In this document: piece by piece, positions 62,208-64,000 of the stretch
Layout: every line of letters starts with the position of its first letter
Numbering within the stretch: the stretch's first letter is position 1
Assembly (NCBI GenBank): GCA_050789255.1
Contig: JBOZRQ010000035.1
Coordinates: forward strand, 282-64,281
Length of the DNA: 64,000 nucleotides
Direction: 5' to 3'
Source of the DNA: Symbiobacteriaceae bacterium
GTDB lineage: Bacteria; Bacillota; Sulfobacillia; Symbiobacteriales; Symbiobacteriaceae
The notes under the pieces: generated by a model
What the model was told of the DNA's origin: nothing
The model's input: the letters and a program-made list of their open reading frames with translations, nothing else
The model's database searches: none
Translations under genes and position numbers: made by a program

Positions 62208-63275
62208 TTGCGATTGCAGAAACCGCTTCGGATCTCCGCCCTGGTAGCAGCTGGCGTGCTGGTGGCTGGCGTGGCATGGGCCGGACAGCTTACTTACAAG
62301 GGCTACAACGTGGTCCAGGTCCTGGTCAACGGCAAGGCGCTGGGCGGCGACGTGCCGGCGATTAACGTGGATGGCCACGTGATGATGCCAGTGCGTGCGA
62401 TCTCCGAAGCGCTTGGGGGGAAGGTCGACTGGGACGGCGCCACCCAGTCCGTGCTCGTGGACACCGCTAGCGCTGCAGCGGCCACGGTCAACGGCAAGGT
62501 GATCTCCATGGCTGACCTGAACGCCCGGCTGCAGGAGCAAAGCGGCCAGCAGATGCTGAACCGGATGATTGAAGAGGAGCTGATCCGGCAGGAGGCTGCC
62601 AAGCTGAACCTCTCGGTCACCGACGTGGAGCTCGCCGCTGAGATTCAGCGGGTTCGGGATCAGGTAGGGGGCGCCCAGCAGCTGGCCGAAGCTCTGCGCC
62701 AAAACAACCTGACCCAGGCGCAGTTCGAGCAGCTCACCGAATTCAACCTGCTGGCCCGCAAGGTTGTGGCCACGGTCGTCGCTCCGCAGATCACGGACGA
62801 CGCGGTTCAGAAGCACTACCAGGCGAACCAGCTGCGCCTGCGCTATGCCAACACCCAGGTGCGGGCGAGCCACATCCTGGTGGCGACGGAGGCGGAGGCC
62901 AAGCAGGTGCTGGAGCGCCTCGCCAAGGGCGAGAAGTTCGCCGACCTGGCGATGGCGCTCTCCACCGACCCGAGCGCCAAGTCCAACAAGGGCGACCTGG
63001 GCTTCTTCGGCCCCGGCGTAATGGTGGCCGAGTTCGAGCAGGCGGCCTTTGCCCTGAAGGTGGGCGCCCCATCTGCCCCGGTGAAGACCGCCTATGGCTG
63101 GCACATCATTGAGGTGACCGACCGCACGGAGGGTGCGGCCATTTCGGAAGCTGAAGCGCTGACCGCCGCCCGGCAGGAGCTGGTGGATCAGAAGACCCGG
63201 GACACCATCTCCCCCTGGCTGCAGGAGCTGAAGGCCAAGGCGAAGATTCAGAACCACTTCGGCGCCGCGAAGTAA
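62208..63275 (+). CDS. parvulin-type peptidyl-prolyl isomerase (PrsA/SurA-like) with an N-terminal copper-amine-oxidase-N-like domain
   Basis: 355 aa with a signal/anchor. The N-terminal VNGKALGGDVPAINVDGHVMMPVRAISEALGGKVDWD is Cu_amine_oxidN1-like. The PPIC domain reads VRASHILV...KGDLGFFGPGVMVAEFEQAAF...GWHIIEV. Confidence 0.85.
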   Translation: MRLQKPLRISALVAAGVLVAGVAWAGQLTYKGYNVVQVLVNGKALGGDVPAINVDGHVMMPVRAISEALGGKVDWDGATQSVLVDTASAAAATVNGKVISMADLNARLQEQSGQQMLNRMIEEELIRQEAAKLNLSVTDVELAAEIQRVRDQVGGAQQLAEALRQNNLTQAQFEQLTEFNLLARKVVATVVAPQITDDAVQKHYQANQLRLRYANTQVRASHILVATEAEAKQVLERLAKGEKFADLAMALSTDPSAKSNKGDLGFFGPGVMVAEFEQAAFALKVGAPSAPVKTAYGWHIIEVTDRTEGAAISEAEALTAARQELVDQKTRDTISPWLQELKAKAKIQNHFGAAK

Positions 63276-63307
63276 GCGCACAAAATCCCCCGGCGCCTCA
63301 GATCAGG

Positions 63308-63934
63308 TTGGGGAGGTACCCTGCCTTGGGACAGGAAGCAAAGTGCACCGCTTGGTTGGGGGACCAGGCCTCCGATGGCCGGGCCCTGCTGGAAACCGAC
63401 CACCTGCTCTTCCGCGGGGAGTTTCGCCTGAAGTTGATGTTCTCGGAACTCACCGCAGTGGAGGCTGCGAATGGTCTCCTCACCCTGGTGACGACTACCG
63501 GCACAGCCACGTTCGAGTTGGGCGCCCTGGCCTCCAAGTGGGCTGAAAAGATCAAAAACCCCAAGCGCCTGATCGACAAGCTTGGGGTGAAGCCCGGCGA
63601 CCGGGTCGCCGTCATTAACGTCATGGACGAGCCGTTCCGGCAGCAACTGAGCGAGCTGACCACGGAAATCTCCGAAGGCGCCGTTGGGACGAGCGTCCAG
63701 TGGATCTTCCTCGGGGTCGAGGCGGTACCTGACTTGGAGCAGTTCCACGCACTCAAAGAGCGCCTGGAGAAGACTGGGGCGATCTGGGTGGTCCACCCCA
63801 AGGGGAAGCCGCACATCAAGGATATCGATGTGCTCTCCGCCGGCCGGGCAGCCGGCCTCGTTGACACCAAGGTGGCGGGCTTCTCGGCAACGCACTCTGC
63901 GCTGAAGTTCGTGATTCCTGCTTCCGCCCGCTAG
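63308..63934 (+). CDS. DUF3052-like protein
   Basis: 208 aa with a TTG start. The C-terminal half (KLGVKPGDRVAVINV...WIFLGVE...GAIWVVHPKGK...AGLVDTKVAGFSATHSALKF) matches my recollection of DUF3052. Confidence 0.5.
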   Translation: MGRYPALGQEAKCTAWLGDQASDGRALLETDHLLFRGEFRLKLMFSELTAVEAANGLLTLVTTTGTATFELGALASKWAEKIKNPKRLIDKLGVKPGDRVAVINVMDEPFRQQLSELTTEISEGAVGTSVQWIFLGVEAVPDLEQFHALKERLEKTGAIWVVHPKGKPHIKDIDVLSAGRAAGLVDTKVAGFSATHSALKFVIPASAR

Positions 63935-64000
63935 AGAGTAGGGGCCGCCCTTTCGAGCGACGCCCCCTCGTCAAACCGGACTTGCAGTTTTCCCGCATCC

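Noticed and set aside
63935-64000. 60-aa minus-strand ORF 63816..63998 and a weak hairpin at the window end.
   Set aside because: The ORF overlaps the DUF3052-like gene in antisense and is Arg/Ser/Gly-rich. The hairpin has only a 6-bp stem and no U-tract.

Overview
High-G+C bacterial chromosomal segment. It has strong GGAGG-type Shine-Dalgarno sites and Firmicutes-like content: an SLH-domain protein, a SpoIIM-like protein, a PrsA-like foldase, Lgt and pdhABCD gene order. It resembles high-GC Firmicutes of the Symbiobacterium, Limnochordia or Thermaerobacter type, but that is inference only because no search was possible. About 65 protein genes are supportable. Many long ORFs in the six-frame track are R/G/P/A-rich shadow ORFs antisense to, or out of frame with, real genes, and were discarded. 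I saw no rRNA, tRNA or CRISPR array. Main blocks, left to right: (1) an OmpR-type response regulator, a sensor kinase and an HtrA protease; (2) a seven-gene envelope cluster of membrane protein, DUF4129, DUF4350, MoxR ATPase, DUF58, SpoIIM-like protein and RDD protein; (3) an SLH/HExxH protein, then a sigma factor, XRE-like protein and ImmA/IrrE operon; (4) acetyl-CoA synthetase with an alpha/beta hydrolase; (5) a 2Fe-2S ferredoxin; (6) two tandem paralogous secreted HExxH proteins; (7) a pdhABCD-type 2-oxoacid dehydrogenase operon; (8) ArsR, MFS, ClC and VOC genes; (9) a large LuxR-family (LAL) regulator and tartrate-dehydrogenase-like enzyme; (10) a Tat-exported Nap-type molybdoenzyme with DmsB/DmsC-type partners; (11) lgt; (12) TPR and membrane proteins; (13) an SDR, a HAD hydrolase and a fused PxpB-PxpC; (14) three signalling proteins with no response regulator; (15) an ECF sigma and anti-sigma pair; (16) a class A beta-lactamase-like protein; (17) an orphan GrpE-like gene with a zinc-ribbon/TPR membrane protein; (18) an MFS gene, an XRE regulator, a parvulin PPIase and a DUF3052-like protein. 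The most unusual sequence-level signal is a family of non-autonomous elements with about 50-bp terminal inverted repeats. Two copies are present, at 40079-40237 and 59202-59657. The longer copy carries a structured low-GC cargo and rewrites the 3' end of a gene. All domain calls rest on motifs read by eye and need HMM/BLAST confirmation.
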